Shown one piece after another: positions 21,741-34,202 of a stretch of 36,127 bases of DNA (position 1 is its first letter; every line of letters begins with the position of its first letter). The notes under the pieces are model-generated. The model saw nothing but the letters and a program-made list of their open reading frames with translations, searched no databases and was not told the DNA's origin. The position numbers and the translations under genes were made by a program. The stretch comes from Octopus bimaculoides (Eukaryota), in NCBI RefSeq assembly GCF_001194135.2, contig NC_068981.1, forward strand, positions 70,593,802 to 70,629,928, given 5' to 3'.

Positions 21741-22544
21741 TTCCTTCTATATAGAACACAAAGCTGATAGATCAGCTTATTCGAAGTATAGTAATAATAT
21801 ACTAAAATTACAATAATCTAGTATTGATATAAATNNNNNNNNNNNNNNNNNNNNNNNNNNNNNNNNNNNNNNNNNNNNNNNNNNNNNNNNNNNNNNNNNN
21901 NNNNNNNNNNNNNNNNNNNNNNNNNNNNNNNNNNNNNNNNNNNNNNNNNNNNNNNNNNNNNNNNNNNNNNNNNNNNNNNNNNNNNNNNNNNNNNNNNNNN
22001 NNNNNNNNNNNNNNNNNNNNNNNNNNNNNNNNNNNNNNNNNNNNNNNNNNNNNNNNNNNNNNNNNNNNNNNNNNNNNNNNNNNNNNNNNNNNNNNNNNNN
22101 NNNNNNNNNNNNNNNNNNNNNNNNNNNNNNNNNNNNNNNNNNNNNNNNNNNNNNNNNNNNNNNNNNNNNNNNNNNNNNNNNNNNNNNNNNNNNNNNNNNN
22201 NNNNNNNNNNNNNNNNNNNNNNNNNNNNNNNNNNNNNNNNNNNNNNNNNNNNNNNNNNNNNNNNNNNNNNNNNNNNNNNNNNNNNNNNNNNNNNNNNNNN
22301 NNNNNNNNNNNNNNNNNNNNNNNNNNNNNNNNNNNNNNNNNNNNNNNNNNNNNNNNNNNNNNNNNNNNNNNNNNNNNNNNNNNNNNNNNNNNNNNNNNNN
22401 NNNNNNNNNNNNNNNNNNNNNNNNNNNNNNNNNNNNNNNNNNNNNNNNNNNNNNNNNNNNNNNNNNNNNNNNNNNNNNNNNNNNNNNNNNNNNNNNNNNN
22501 NNNNNNNNNNNNNNNNNNNNNNNNNNNNNNNNNNNNNNNNNATA

Positions 22545-22935
22545 TATATGGCGGTTGCTTTATGCAGATTCTGACTACCTCTTCTATTTACACCTTAATT
22601 GGATCATGGCGTCTGATGTGGCTTTTTAAACCAGACAATGTATTGAAAAGACACACATTTTTTGCATATCTGATTCGGACCAGCATGAGCTGCAGTTAAA
22701 TTCTCATCTCTGTCGATCTTAAAATGTCTTTTGAAGCCTCTGCTAGATTTGCAGACCTTATGACAAACACGGCATTCAATGGTTTTCACAAATACGTAGG
22801 CAGTGTAATTGGTGGAAGTTCGTTTTTCATGTGTTTGCAAATGAGATTTGAGCCCAGTAAAAGAAAGGTACTGTCTGTCACAAACTGTGAACAAAAACGG
22901 TCACTGATATTCACATTCTCATTGAACGCAACAGT
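22545..22935 (-). pseudogene. Three tandem C2H2 zinc fingers, probably the C-terminus of an RTE-like LINE ORF
   Basis: VCDRQYLSFTGLKSHLQTH, CRVCHKVCKSSRGFKRH, and after a frameshift C(K)KC..NTLSGLKSHIRRH. There are no TGEKP linkers, and a short 3' UTR runs into (TA)n. Confidence 0.6.
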
Positions 22936-23209
22936 CTTCTTTAAATCTCTCTTGAGTTTTGTACGTATATGTGTGTGTGTGTGAGAAATAGAGAGAGAGA
23001 GAAAGAGTGGTACGAGACTTTAATTTCGTTACACCGAGAGATAGTTTCCAGTGCTTTGTATTTACCTCGGGTGTTTACCCCTGGAAATACTCTCTTGTTG
23101 AATTCAATGCTTTTGATTCGGTTTTCAAAGAGAAAGTTTTCACTATAGCGGAAACATTGTTCAGTCTTTGTAATGAAGAATGGAATTTATCGTTAGAGAC
23201 AGAAATTGA

Positions 23210-23600
23210 AGTAATAGTAGCAGTAGTAACATCAGCTGCCGCTGCGCTAGCAGCAACAGAGGAGGACGAGTAGCAGTAGGAGGAAGAAAGAAGAAGAAGA
23301 AGAAGAAGAAGAAGAAGAAGAAGAAGAAGAAGAAAAAGAAGAAGAAGAAGAAGAAGAAGAAGAAGGAGGAGAGGGAAGGCGAAGATGAAAAAGAAGAAGA
23401 ATAACAACAACAAGGAGAACGACAACAGCAACTACTAGTTCTACTATTACTACTACAACGACAACTACAACGACAAAAATAAAGAGAGGAATGAAGGAGA
23501 AAGATGATGATAGCGTGATGATGATGATGATGGACATATCATCATCAAGACGGAGATAATGGACATGAGGATGTACATGATAATGACGATTTTAATGATG
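23210..23600. repeat. Compound trinucleotide microsatellite (GTA, GCA, GGA, GAA ~27 units, CAA, CTA, GAT)
   Basis: Read directly; the near-pure GAA run spans ~23283-23364. Confidence 0.95.
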
Positions 23601-24469
23601 TGAACGTCAATTATATTTCAGTTTTAACTAAACGTTGGATGGCATGTAATAGCTTATATTTCCCTTTCTGATCGATTAACCAAATAACTGTTATAGATTA
23701 ATTATATCGTTAGTATCACTTCACTTCAAGTCATTGTCTTTTGTAATGGCGTAATTTTTGCCTACTACTTCTGAATTTGAAAGCAATTTGCAATTGAATG
23801 AGGTTCATTAATTCATTTTCGCAATTATTTACTTTAGTTAAAGCTGTAGTGCGTCTTTATTGCTATATTTCCTTTAACTAACGCTCATTAGTTCGCTTAA
23901 TTTAACAGTAAAATCTTGGTATTTGATCACTGTCTCCATCTTCTAAGAAGTGTTGCCTACATTACTTTGCTGTTCAAACTTACAAATAGATATGTTACAG
24001 ATGTAATAATAGAATTTATTCCGTTCCCGCAAAAGTATTTCCTAGATATATTTTGTAATGTGTAAATTGTCAGCCATCTAGCCATTTTAGAATATGGTTA
24101 TGTGTCTGGTTTTATAGCACTCGACAATTTTAATATATTTATTACATTTTATTGTATTTACTTTTGTATAATTCCTGTCGCTTTTGTTATGTTGTTCTCT
24201 ACTGTGCATTGCACCATTTCATTAACGACTGCTGCTCACAAAAGTATGACAGAACAATTACATTGAAGTTATATATATATTCTAGGAGGGAGAATATTTA
24301 GTGAGACATGAAGAGAAAATATTAAAAAATATACAAGGTGCTATGGGCATATATAATTGTATATAAAAATGTTTCATAAATATTAACATTAATCATAACC
24401 TACAAGCTTGTTTAACATGATGTAATTCTTCCCAGAAAATCCTCAATTGCCCACGAGAGGTAAGAAACA

Positions 24470-24580
24470 ATCTGGGTAGTCCTACGCAATTGCTCAATCT
24501 GCTAGAAATGCCAGTCAAGCTTCTCTCAAGTCACATTATACATTTTAAAGAAAGAAGAGCATATTGGATAAATTAGACCT
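24470..24580 (+). repeat. Decayed interspersed repeat fragment (SINE-like body), related to ~33295-33345
   Basis: Shared motif agaaat...ca..ttctctca..tcaca at ~24500 and ~33300. The match is short and the family assignment is from recall only. Confidence 0.35.
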
Positions 24581-25869
24581 AGGAAATCGAGACAATGATG
24601 TCACACCAAGAGAGCTTTTAATCCGTACACAATCACAAGAAATGAGCGAGTGTCCCGTATATCTACAGGAATTAGCAAACCCTTATTATACATTAATTCT
24701 TCACATAAAGTATATCTCATGAACGTACTCACAAGGTGTGTTTTCATATAATAGCATATTCAATTGAACAAAATACTATAATAATAACAATAGTGAAAAG
24801 TGACAAAGCTGTTAGAGACAGTTCCAAGATATATAGGGAAAGAATAAACAAAATGAGTAGGAGAATAAAATAAGATGTTCCATAACAAGGCATTATTAGG
24901 TAGTATATAAATGGATAATAATAAACAGAACTGACAATGAAATGGTGTGTGATATTCATCAACTCCCACACAATATTAATGCACGTCATACATACGTTAA
25001 GTGTATTCTTTAATTCATGATATCAGCTACGAGGCATACGCTTAGTGTAGGCCTATTAGCCAGACTAATTACACTCTTCTCTCCACCTAGCATAAACATT
25101 TTCAGAAGAGTAAAACTTCTGTCCCTGTTTTGGCTCAATTGACACTTGATTAAGTTGATGGAAGTTAGGTCTGAGAGCCAACACCCTGTCCTCCAGTATT
25201 CCAACCATTTGAAGCATCATGCCTTTGCTTCAGAATATGTTTCATATGAATAACAAGCACATATATTAACCATCACCGTGATTACCCAGGTATCTCTGAG
25301 GCTACGTCGGTCACACCATATTCAAACTGATCACGGGTTTTCTGGGAGAAGGTATGAAAGGCTGATGATAAAGCCATACCAAAGTAATATAGGGTTAAAC
25401 TCCCATCCGTCGGTTTTTCAAAGACAGTTACTGAAAGACTGAGTGGAACTGACCACTCTGTTTACGTCTGCCTATCAAAAAGAAACATAGATAAGTCTCA
25501 TTAATTGGACACGTCGTCCAGGGAAGAAGTTGCATTTCCAGATTCTGTTTCGAAATACCACCTATTTACCATAGTTAATGCATGTCCTCATTAAGTCAGT
25601 TTTTGCATTAATTTAGAGGGATATCTCGATTCATACTGTTAATAATCAGCTTGTAGCAGGTAGTGAAGTGCTTTAAACGGCATACTACCAGGTGTATACC
25701 CAAGATAAAAATAATTACATTCATATATAGGTATGTATGTATGAATTTATGCATACATGTATGTGTCTCTTCTATCTTTTAATCATTACAAATCTTCCAC
25801 CGAGGAGGGAGCCTGTTTCCAACAAAGATACAATGCTCCATTTTGAGATGTAGTCAACACAGATAAATT

Positions 25870-27300
25870 CACATTTGGAACTTGAGAACAGGCTTGCATA
25901 TTTTTACTGTTCCACTCAAAGATTAATACTTCTAATGTAATAATTAGCTGGTCAATTTCTCTATCTGAAAATCCAGATTCTCCTTTAAGCATTTACTACC
26001 AAAACTTAGTGCTCTAATTATTATTAATACGAATATGAATTCATTGTCTAGATATAGAAGCTGGAGGTTTCGAAGCAGTTGTCCATAGATATCCATTTTT
26101 TCTTAGATTTTCAAAGAGATATTCATATCTGCAAGGCGGCTGACCTATATGATGTTACATACATGTGCCTTTCTGTTCCAAACAGCAATATCCGGCCTAT
26201 TACGTTTACATTTGACAGAAGTTTTGGTGGGAATATTCCACCAGTATTCTTTGAGTTGGTGTTTATGAATGTATTCCATAACAGAGGAATTTTTTCTTTG
26301 TTTATTTCAGAACAGTCTTTTTTTGCTAGTGGCATTGTAAATTATTTTAGCAACAACACCGTGCCGCTTAGGGAGGTAGTGCCGTGAGGACATTTTAGGA
26401 CATCTGCTATTCAAATGCGTGATGTCTTCCACAGAAACATGACATAGCCTACACATGTGGTTGCATCTTGGGATTACAAGACCGTCATTGTCTCTCTTGT
26501 TCACCAGGTACTTTGTGGCAATCTGCTGTTCCTGGATTGCAAACATATAGCTTTCAAATTGTGATATGATGCAGTGATTTTGTGTCCAAGAGAGGCTGCA
26601 CTTCGTGTCAATTCTATTGTCTTCTTCAAGCTTCCGGGTAACATACACATTCATAGTCTTTTTTTCTTTTTTGTATGTTGAGTGCTTTCCATCCAGGTAT
26701 TTTTCTGAGGTAAGAGAACCCAGATGTTTTGAGGCTGTATAGGAGATTATCCGGAAAGGAGTGTTTCTTGAGGAGCTCACTGCCAACTCGTACAATGTTG
26801 CTCACTTCGCTATTCAGCACTGCATGTATATAATTATTTTTGCTGCTGTTGTTTATCAGGTGCTGCCTGAGTAATACTATATGGCACTCGAAGGCCGTCT
26901 GCACTGATTTTAGATCTCTATCACCTTTATTTCTTCTTATGTAGAGCCTGTCAACATCACTGTTTCTGTGAAAGTTCCCAGTTGCTGTCAGGATTTTGCG
27001 GGTTTTGATATCTCTGAAGTGGATTTCCTCTGCAGACCAATCAAGTATCTCAAATGTTGGGATTAGTACTGATACTGAAAATAATTAATGGGATATTGTT
27101 TTCTTGTAAGAGGAGAGTTCTGACTTATATTTCCCTAAGTCTGGTGTAATATTCTCGTGTTACTCTATCTTTATTCACTGTGCCTTCATATGATACATTT
27201 TCGTCTATGCCTTGGTACTTGTAACATTCTTTGTGTGGAATGAGGGAGATAGAGAGACTGTTGATGCACAGGTTTTGGGTTTGGGGGACTGACATACCTC
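25870..27300 (-). mobile_element. 5'-truncated R4/Dong-like non-LTR retrotransposon (RT thumb, CCHC knuckle, RLE)
   Basis: CYKYQGIDENVSYEG, SDVDRLYIRRNKGDRDLKSVQTAFEC, ESYMFAIQEQQIATK, CRLCHVSVEDITHLNSRC, RHGVVAKII, NRPDIAVWN...II*VS and SGTVKICK. The catalytic RT YxDD is not present because of the truncation. Confidence 0.88.
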
Positions 27301-27872
27301 GTTCTATAACGAAATATCAACAATTCGTTTGTATGTGTGTATGTATGTCTGTATATGTGTATGTATGCATGTGATCATGTGTGTATATACTCATACACAT
27401 GCATATAAAATTGGGGGTAAAGCTTCAAATTGTATAACTAATTCTTCATTATTTGCACAAGTAAAGCAAAATCTGGAATAAATATATACGCATATCTGGT
27501 CTTAACACGTCTCAGCGGTTTCATACGCAATATATGTTGGTCGATGTAGCGCACGACATAGGAAAACGAAGTCTACCTTTTGCGTCAGCAGTGTGTTCAC
27601 TTGTTTCGACTTATTGGAGAGTACCCGGAATCCTGAGCCTAAATAGTTATTTGCTTTGTTTTCGTTTAGAGTTCAGGTGATTTGTGGCTACAGAGACACA
27701 ATGTGACTAAAGGCTGGTGTCACATATTACCGCACGACAATTAGCCGAATGTGATCACCGCACTGTCGTCGAAGAAGGAGAAATAATTCTCCTATGATGT
27801 ATACTACACCGACTACTATACTTTTCAGCTGAAATTGGCTAGATACGTAAAGAATAAATATGCGAATAATCG

Positions 27873-27945
<73 letters not shown>

Positions 27946-28120
27946 GAGAGAGATGTATGTATGTATGTATGAATGTGTGTATGTATGCGTATATGTATGC
28001 ATGTATAAGTGTATACACATACATACACACATATAGGGATACAGAGAGAGGGTGAGAGAGTGAGTGTGTGTGTGTGTGTGTGTGTCTGTGTGTATGTGTG
28101 TGTGTGTGTGTATGTGTGTG

Positions 28121-28153
<33 letters not shown>

Positions 28154-28155
28154 TG
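27873..28155. repeat. Compound (TA)n(GA)n(TATG)n(TG)n microsatellite
   Basis: Read directly. Confidence 0.95.
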
Positions 28156-28869
28156 TACTGCATCAGGAATGATTCTGTAACTTATTATTTTAGGATATGA
28201 TCAACTTTGTTCTGAATGATTCCCAAGTGTTTACTAGCTCTGCTAAAACAGCTTTTAAATTTTCCTCAAATCACATTTTAGTATTCTAGTCCGAGAAATA
28301 CTACTTCTCAAAAAATATACAGAAGTGACGTTTACTATTGGGGAAACGTTTGATTATAGCTCTTCTCTATTTGGTGTAGGTTGCGGCCAAGCAACAACGA
28401 CTTCATCCTATTCCTTTTTTTTTTTTTTTTTTCATACAGATATCTCTCGTACTAGCATATGATACAGTTATTACGTACTGAAAGATAAAGAGAAGGAAAT
28501 GTTAATTTTTTCAAAAACTATTGTGATTGGGAACTCGATGGTTCTAGGTGTATACCTTGAAGTTTTGAGTGTGAAAACCATGGGAGAAAGTATTTAAATC
28601 CAGATTACTTTTGTTCTGAGCGATAGCATGGTCGAACTGGACTGCGTTAAATGTAGAAGTCAGGAGGAAAAGAGACGTGTGCATAGTTGGATTTAGCGAA
28701 GCATTCCGCAGTCTACTAGTTTAGAAGTTTTCATTCCACGATCAATGGAACACTGCTCTACGTTAGTGGATGGATGGATGGATGGATGGATAGCACTAAG
28801 ATGAGCAGCTTTCTTTGAGTGTTTTGGTGAATATTTCTTAGCGTGTCCTATAATATATCATCAATGGAG

Positions 28870-28956
28870 ACCAGTGCTCTCTGGCTTGCCAGCTCCTCAA
28901 ACCGTACAGCCCATGCCATCATGGAAGTCGGACGTAAAATGATAGTGACGATGATA
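28870..28956 (+). mobile_element. SINE/LINE-type 3' tail ending in (GAT)-like repeats
   Basis: ccagctcctcaaaccgtacagcccatgccatcatggaagtcggacgtaaaatgatagtgacgatgat resembles a recalled octopus retroposon 3' end. Confidence 0.5.
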
Positions 28957-28958
28957 TG

Positions 28959-29086
28959 ATGAGCTTCTGTACAGTTTTCATCTACGAATTTCACTCAGAA
29001 GGCAGTGATCTGCTCAGTGTTATGATACTTGCCTAATATGCCTAATCATGTGAAGGGAACTTCTTAAATACACAGCTATGCCTGCG
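28959..29086 (-). mobile_element. Decayed family B SINE head
   Basis: gagcttctgtacagttttcatctacgaatttcactcagaaggc...atacttgcc...cacagctatgcctgcg aligns with the reverse complement of the 9780 head. Confidence 0.6.
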
Positions 29087-29159
29087 TTCATCGGGAGAAT
29101 TAGAAAGTTTCTAATGAAGATTGGTTTATTGCATCCACATACACTAAATCATTTTCCAG

Positions 29160-29375
29160 TCACTCAGCTGGCAAAAATGAATGGTACCTGTATTTCAAAG
29201 GGCCAGCCTTGGCACACTCTATGTCACGCTGAATCTCCTTGAGAACTACGTTAAGGGTATGCGTGTCTGTGTTGTGCTCAGTCACTTGCATTTTAATTTC
29301 ACGCGTAGGTTTTTCCGTTGATTGGATCAGCTGGAACCCTTGCTGCCGCGAGTGGCGGAGTGCCAAGAATAGCGA
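29160..29375 (+). mobile_element. Interspersed repeat, SINE-like body
   Basis: GC-richer block gaatggtacctgtatttcaaagggccagccttg...ctggaaccct...ggagtgcca, recognised from recall as a common octopus repeat. There is no second copy in the window. Confidence 0.45.
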
Positions 29376-30849
29376 AGCCAAATATGTACTTCCATTTTGA
29401 TGAGTCATATAACCGGCAGTAAAAAGAAATTCGAGTTTTGAGAACCTTTACTTGCAATACTGTAAGTACAAATTTGTCGTGGTAGTTCATTAGTGAGTAT
29501 AAAGTCGCGTTGGATGAGAAAAACAGAGGCCCAATAATTAATGATTGTATGTTGAAAGTATCAAATTTATGTAAGACAAGAATTGAAGCAAAATACAATT
29601 TCTATCAGTTAACACACTCGAGTTTTCCTCTGATATTCAATTATGCTAAAGTTCAACACAACTAAATGTAGCTTCATACCGTTAAGTTCCTTACAAAATT
29701 TGGTTTCCCTTCGGTAGAAATAATAAATAATTTATATTGCTTTCTAAAATTTACATGATAAGAACTGCGATGGATATGTCTGAATGGTTAACCGTAGCTT
29801 TTGCAAAAGACAGTGAACTCATGATTATTATTGTACTCTTCTCCAATATGTATGATATTGTGCTAACATAAGAAATTAAAATTGGGTGATAGCTACATGT
29901 CTTTGTGTACAGAGTACAACAATCATTTTATGTTCTGAAATCAACAAAATCGGTGTTAGTAATATGCAAGCATGACTTTCAAAAGTTTCAAAACAATTGC
30001 CTTGATGTTCAGAATATTAAATTTCGTCACATGATTATTGTACACAGAGATTCTATACAATTACAAATATGAAAACGTTTATATTACTATATGTCGCTTC
30101 ATTTTATAAATGTTATGTATTAATGCCTTATAATTATTGGTAATTAATATCTTAGCTAATTGGCTCTAATGTGATTAGTGTAATGGTGTAATCTGTCGAT
30201 GTATTAACTTTTCACCCTTTCGTAAACGGCGGAGAATAATAAAATTATACAATGCACATCTACATCAGAAAACCTACGAATATCAACATATTACATTTGC
30301 AATCATTGTCAATAATAATTAAAACGTCTTATCAAATACATTTATTTCTCAAGTATTGAGGGTTGAGTGTGATTAATATACAATTATTGATGCTGTCTGC
30401 TGGTAATGTTTGTTAATTATAGTCCTCATAGAGGTCACTATTGATTTAATTGCTTCATGGAGAGAAAGAAACGTTTTGGTTCAAGGAGATGAATTAAAAT
30501 TGACCGCTCAAAATGTACTAATGATGGAAAGCTTCGCAAGAGCGGTGGGTGGTAGAATCAGTAGGATGACTGTCTCAGTTACGGTATTTAGAGTTGTCTT
30601 CAATACATTTACCTCGGAAAGAGTATTGAGAAAATGAAGAACGCCTCAGATTTCCCATCATAGGAACAACATTTTCGAAAAGGAATTAAATAAAATTTGA
30701 AATTTTGTAATATAGAGAGAAAACTTATTTTAATGAAATTCAAATATCTACCTACGAAATCTGAACGTTTATTGATTCAAATTTTGGCGTGAGATCAAAC
30801 AATTTTTAGAGAAGAGATAAGTGGATCATATTGACACACTACTCAGATA

Positions 30850-30950
30850 GAACTTATTTTTATGGACCCGAAAGGATGAAAGATAAAATCGTCCTTCTCG
30901 GAATTCGAACTCAGAACGTAAAGAAGGACGCAATTTGTCCGGTGCGCTAA
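30850..30950 (-). mobile_element. Family A SINE fragment truncated by a gap
   Basis: gacccgaaaggatgaaag...cggaattcgaactcagaacgtaaaga matches the 21590 copy. Confidence 0.7.
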
Positions 30951-31402
30951 NNNNNNNNNNNNNNNNNNNNNNNNNNNNNNNNNNNNNNNNNNNNNNNNNN
31001 NNNNNNNNNNNNNNNNNNNNNNNNNNNNNNNNNNNNNNNNNNNNNNNNNNNNNNNNNNNNNNNNNNNNNNNNNNNNNNNNNNNNNNNNNNNNNNNNNNNN
31101 NNNNNNNNNNNNNNNNNNNNNNNNNNNNNNNNNNNNNNNNNNNNNNNNNNNNNNNNNNNNNNNNNNNNNNNNNNNNNNNNNNNNNNNNNNNNNNNNNNNN
31201 NNNNNNNNNNNNNNNNNNNNNNNNNNNNNNNNNNNNNNNNNNNNNNNNNNNNNNNNNNNNNNNNNNNNNNNNNNNNNNNNNNNNNNNNNNNNNNNNNNNN
31301 NNNNNNNNNNNNNNNNNNNNNNNNNNNNNNNNNNNNNNNNNNNNNNNNNNNNNNNNNNNNNNNNNNNNNNNNNNNNNNNNNNNNNNNNNNNNNNNNNNNN
31401 NN

Positions 31403-31459
<57 letters not shown>

Positions 31460-32399
31460 TAGCTAGAGAGAGAAAGAGAAAGAGAGAGAAAGAGAGAGAG
31501 GGGGAGAGACAGACAAACAGAAAGACAGAAGGACAAGCAGACAGTCAGAAAGACATAACACTCATGTATAATATATCATTTGTACTTCATAAATTACTAC
31601 AATTGTAGCAAGATTCGAAATTTAATCGACCAATTGCGGGGTTAAAATCAGCCCAATTATGTATCACTCAGCATAAAGGCAGCTCTTGGTGCATCTTTCC
31701 AGAAGACACGAGAATATTCCTTTACATGGCTTTTAAATAGGCATGTTTTTGTGCCAAATTTCCGGAGTGTCAAGGACGTCTAAGCGACATGCATCTTCAC
31801 TGTCGCCAGTACATATTGTACAGAGACCAGTCACTTTCACATATTTCACCTCTTGCTACAGTTTGTGGTCGCCCAGAAACAAGCTAACCACATACTCGTC
31901 ATGCTACTATTAACAGGTAGTTAGATAATGATAATGACTTTAGCAATTGTTTACACGTCACAAAACTTCCCTGTCGCAACGTAAAAAGATTATGATCGCT
32001 CTTGCAATCAATTATGACTTCATAGCATATACAATACCTTGTTTATTGGACCCATGGATTTGCAATCAAATGCAGACACTATCTTTAACGACTAGATCTC
32101 AATATTCGTGAAAGAGATACACACGGTATTGTTAAATATGGATAAAATACATTATTTTCTATCTTCCATGATATCTGAAACGTCGTGCTGAGTTATCGAA
32201 GATTACAATTTCAAACATGGCATTATAATAGTAATAGCATTCCAAATATAGGTAAACATAAACGTAGGAGATGCTTCTCCCAAGCAGAAAGAGCAGAAGG
32301 GTTTTGCAATCATTTCTAAATCTGTCGCAATGCTGAAGACGCTTCCGTAACATTTCGTGGCCCTTAACCTGCACGCTCCGCCTCAGTGGAATAACAAGG

Positions 32400-32981
32400 T
32401 CTCAACTAGTTTTCCCTTGTGGAAGGTTTCCACTTATGGTCTCTTGTCGACTATAGTCGCCTGGAGCTTTTTTTCAGCTGTCGTTGATGGTTATATTTAG
32501 TTGTCTAAGTTCAAAACCCATCGTCTAATGGACATTTTGCACTAATCTAGCTGGAGAGCCGCAGCAGCTGACCTCGATTAGGAATGAGGTTACATGCCCT
32601 CTCTTTACAAGGGCCTCATCGATCAGGTCCTGATATTTGTACTTCTTTATCTGTAGGTAAATATCGAGTCTGTCCTTTCAGGGAATATTCAATATTTCGA
32701 GTCCGACACGATTTTCGGGTTCGCCAACGATGATCGATATTCTACTCCAAGAGAGAAGGAACTTGTCTTGTAGGAATGATATTACCGCTATCTCCTCTGG
32801 GACGACATGTCTGGTCTTCAGGTTAACTTACATTTTCCTGTTTGAAGCAGAACGCAAAATAGACAAAGGGCCACTTGTTTTCATTTTGGGATCGTTGTTG
32901 ACTTCCTTTACAAGTCTGACAGCCTTCGGTTGCGGCAGCTAATGTTTGCTAGCTTCCACCACTTTGCAGATCAGTCTTCTT

Positions 32982-32985
<4 letters not shown>
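32400..32985 (-). pseudogene. 3' fragment of a HERO-like RLE non-LTR retrotransposon
   Basis: Single-frame translation with stops: QPKAVRLVKE...SILRSASNRKM*VNLKTRHVVPEEIAV...LEILNIP*KDRLD...KKYKYQDLIDEALVKRGHVTSFLIEVSCCGSPA. This matches the HERO pattern VDL...L.FP..I..T.LRPD / LELT.PWE / KY..L / PIEVGCRGF. Confidence 0.75.
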
Positions 32986-33036
<51 letters not shown>

Positions 33037-34102
33037 GTGTGTCTATGCGTGTATATTTAGATAGATAGATACATACATACATACATACAAACATACATAC
33101 AAATATACATACATATACATGCTTTTATGAGTGAGTGTATGTATAATAAGTAGAGATAAAAAGAAGATTGAATGAAGGCAAAACAGTGTTTGACACGAAA
33201 ATGTCACAGTACAAACCGGTATTAAGTGAAGTACCATACCAACACCATGTCAGAGCCTTTTACGCGAAAGTGAACCGTATACGCAGTCCCTCAGCTTATA
33301 AGAAATAACGACCAATTCTCTCACAAATCACACCTCACCATTCCAGAAAATCCATGCCCCATAGATTATCGTAATCGTAAATACATTGTCCTTAAAGCCA
33401 GACAGTATTATCACCACTCTATGGAATTTCACTAAGGTCTACGTAACAGCCATCTCAACCAATCTCCTTTCAATAATAATATATTGTTCAATAATATTAT
33501 ATTACACAACAATAAATTTCTAATGCATATAATATATTAAATATTTTCTAATAATATATTTATTCAATAATAATATATTTCCATAGTAACATATTGCGAC
33601 AACTGTTGATGGATAAATATTGCTTTGTTTTTTTTATATATATATATAGATATAAGTTCAGTAATTGTAATGTAGTGTAATATATCGTTCTTTGTGTGTT
33701 ACTGTCGATTACTTTATGGAACTCCGCCGTATGAAATGCAAATTACGATTAACAATTGAAAGCAAGATTTCAACCAGAGTTGGTGAACCTAAACGCTTTA
33801 ATACTTTCATTCCGATTCTATTTGCCTCAACCTTATGCACTGCTCTTGCTTGAAGTAACACATGAAATAATCAATTATTGAAACTACATGAAATATTAAA
33901 GGGAATTAATATGATAAAATCAACATTTCGGATGCAGTATCCATTGGCTGAAATGTTTAGTGATAATTTTATTATTATATGCTTGACGAGGGCAAAAAAT
34001 ATTCCACCAGAATTATTGTATTTGGAATCCTACAAAGAATATAGTAGCGTAAACATTAAAAAAAAAATCTAAATTAAAATATCTAAACTTGTTCATGTGC
34101 AG

Positions 34103-34202
34103 ACCACTGCTGGCTGAAATACAGCTCTCTGATAGCCGGAACTATCACTGGATTACCACATTTCAAGAATGGATGTCTCGTTTCACTAGAGCTTTTGTAT
34201 AA
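34103..34202 (+). CDS. Candidate terminal coding exon (32 aa, PLLAEIQLSDSRNYHWITTFQEWMSRFTRAFV*), product unknown
   Basis: Branch-like ctaaac plus ttgttcatgtgcAG acceptor, an open GC-richer frame to TAA, and AATAAA at 34318. No homology recognised, so it could be chance. Confidence 0.25.

Noticed and set aside
23007-23273. 88-aa ORF ending in an Ala/Glu-rich tail
   Set aside because: GTG start, and the tail derives from the trinucleotide array; no domain recognised.
27730-27790. RQLAECDHRTVV, reminiscent of a mariner HTH
   Set aside because: Only ~12 residues with no flanking transposase motifs.
30410-30637. 75-aa ORF; an alternative frame has QYIYLG, like an RT thumb motif
   Set aside because: Isolated short motif with many stops; no other RT motifs or splice signals.
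6933-31536. Long ORFs of 100-320 aa in the ORF track
   Set aside because: They are open only because they cross N runs or dinucleotide repeats (YIYI, CVCV, THTH, RERE); not genes.
31862-31916. 55-nt candidate exon with a good acceptor (FVVAQKQANHILVMLLLT)
   Set aside because: Weak donor (GTAGTT), only one open frame, phase-incompatible with the 34103 candidate, and no recognisable peptide.
32320-32390. Possible structured or hammerhead-like motif in the HERO-like 3' UTR (CTGAAGA on plus, CGAAA on minus)
   Set aside because: The two core motifs are on opposite strands and no helices can be formed.
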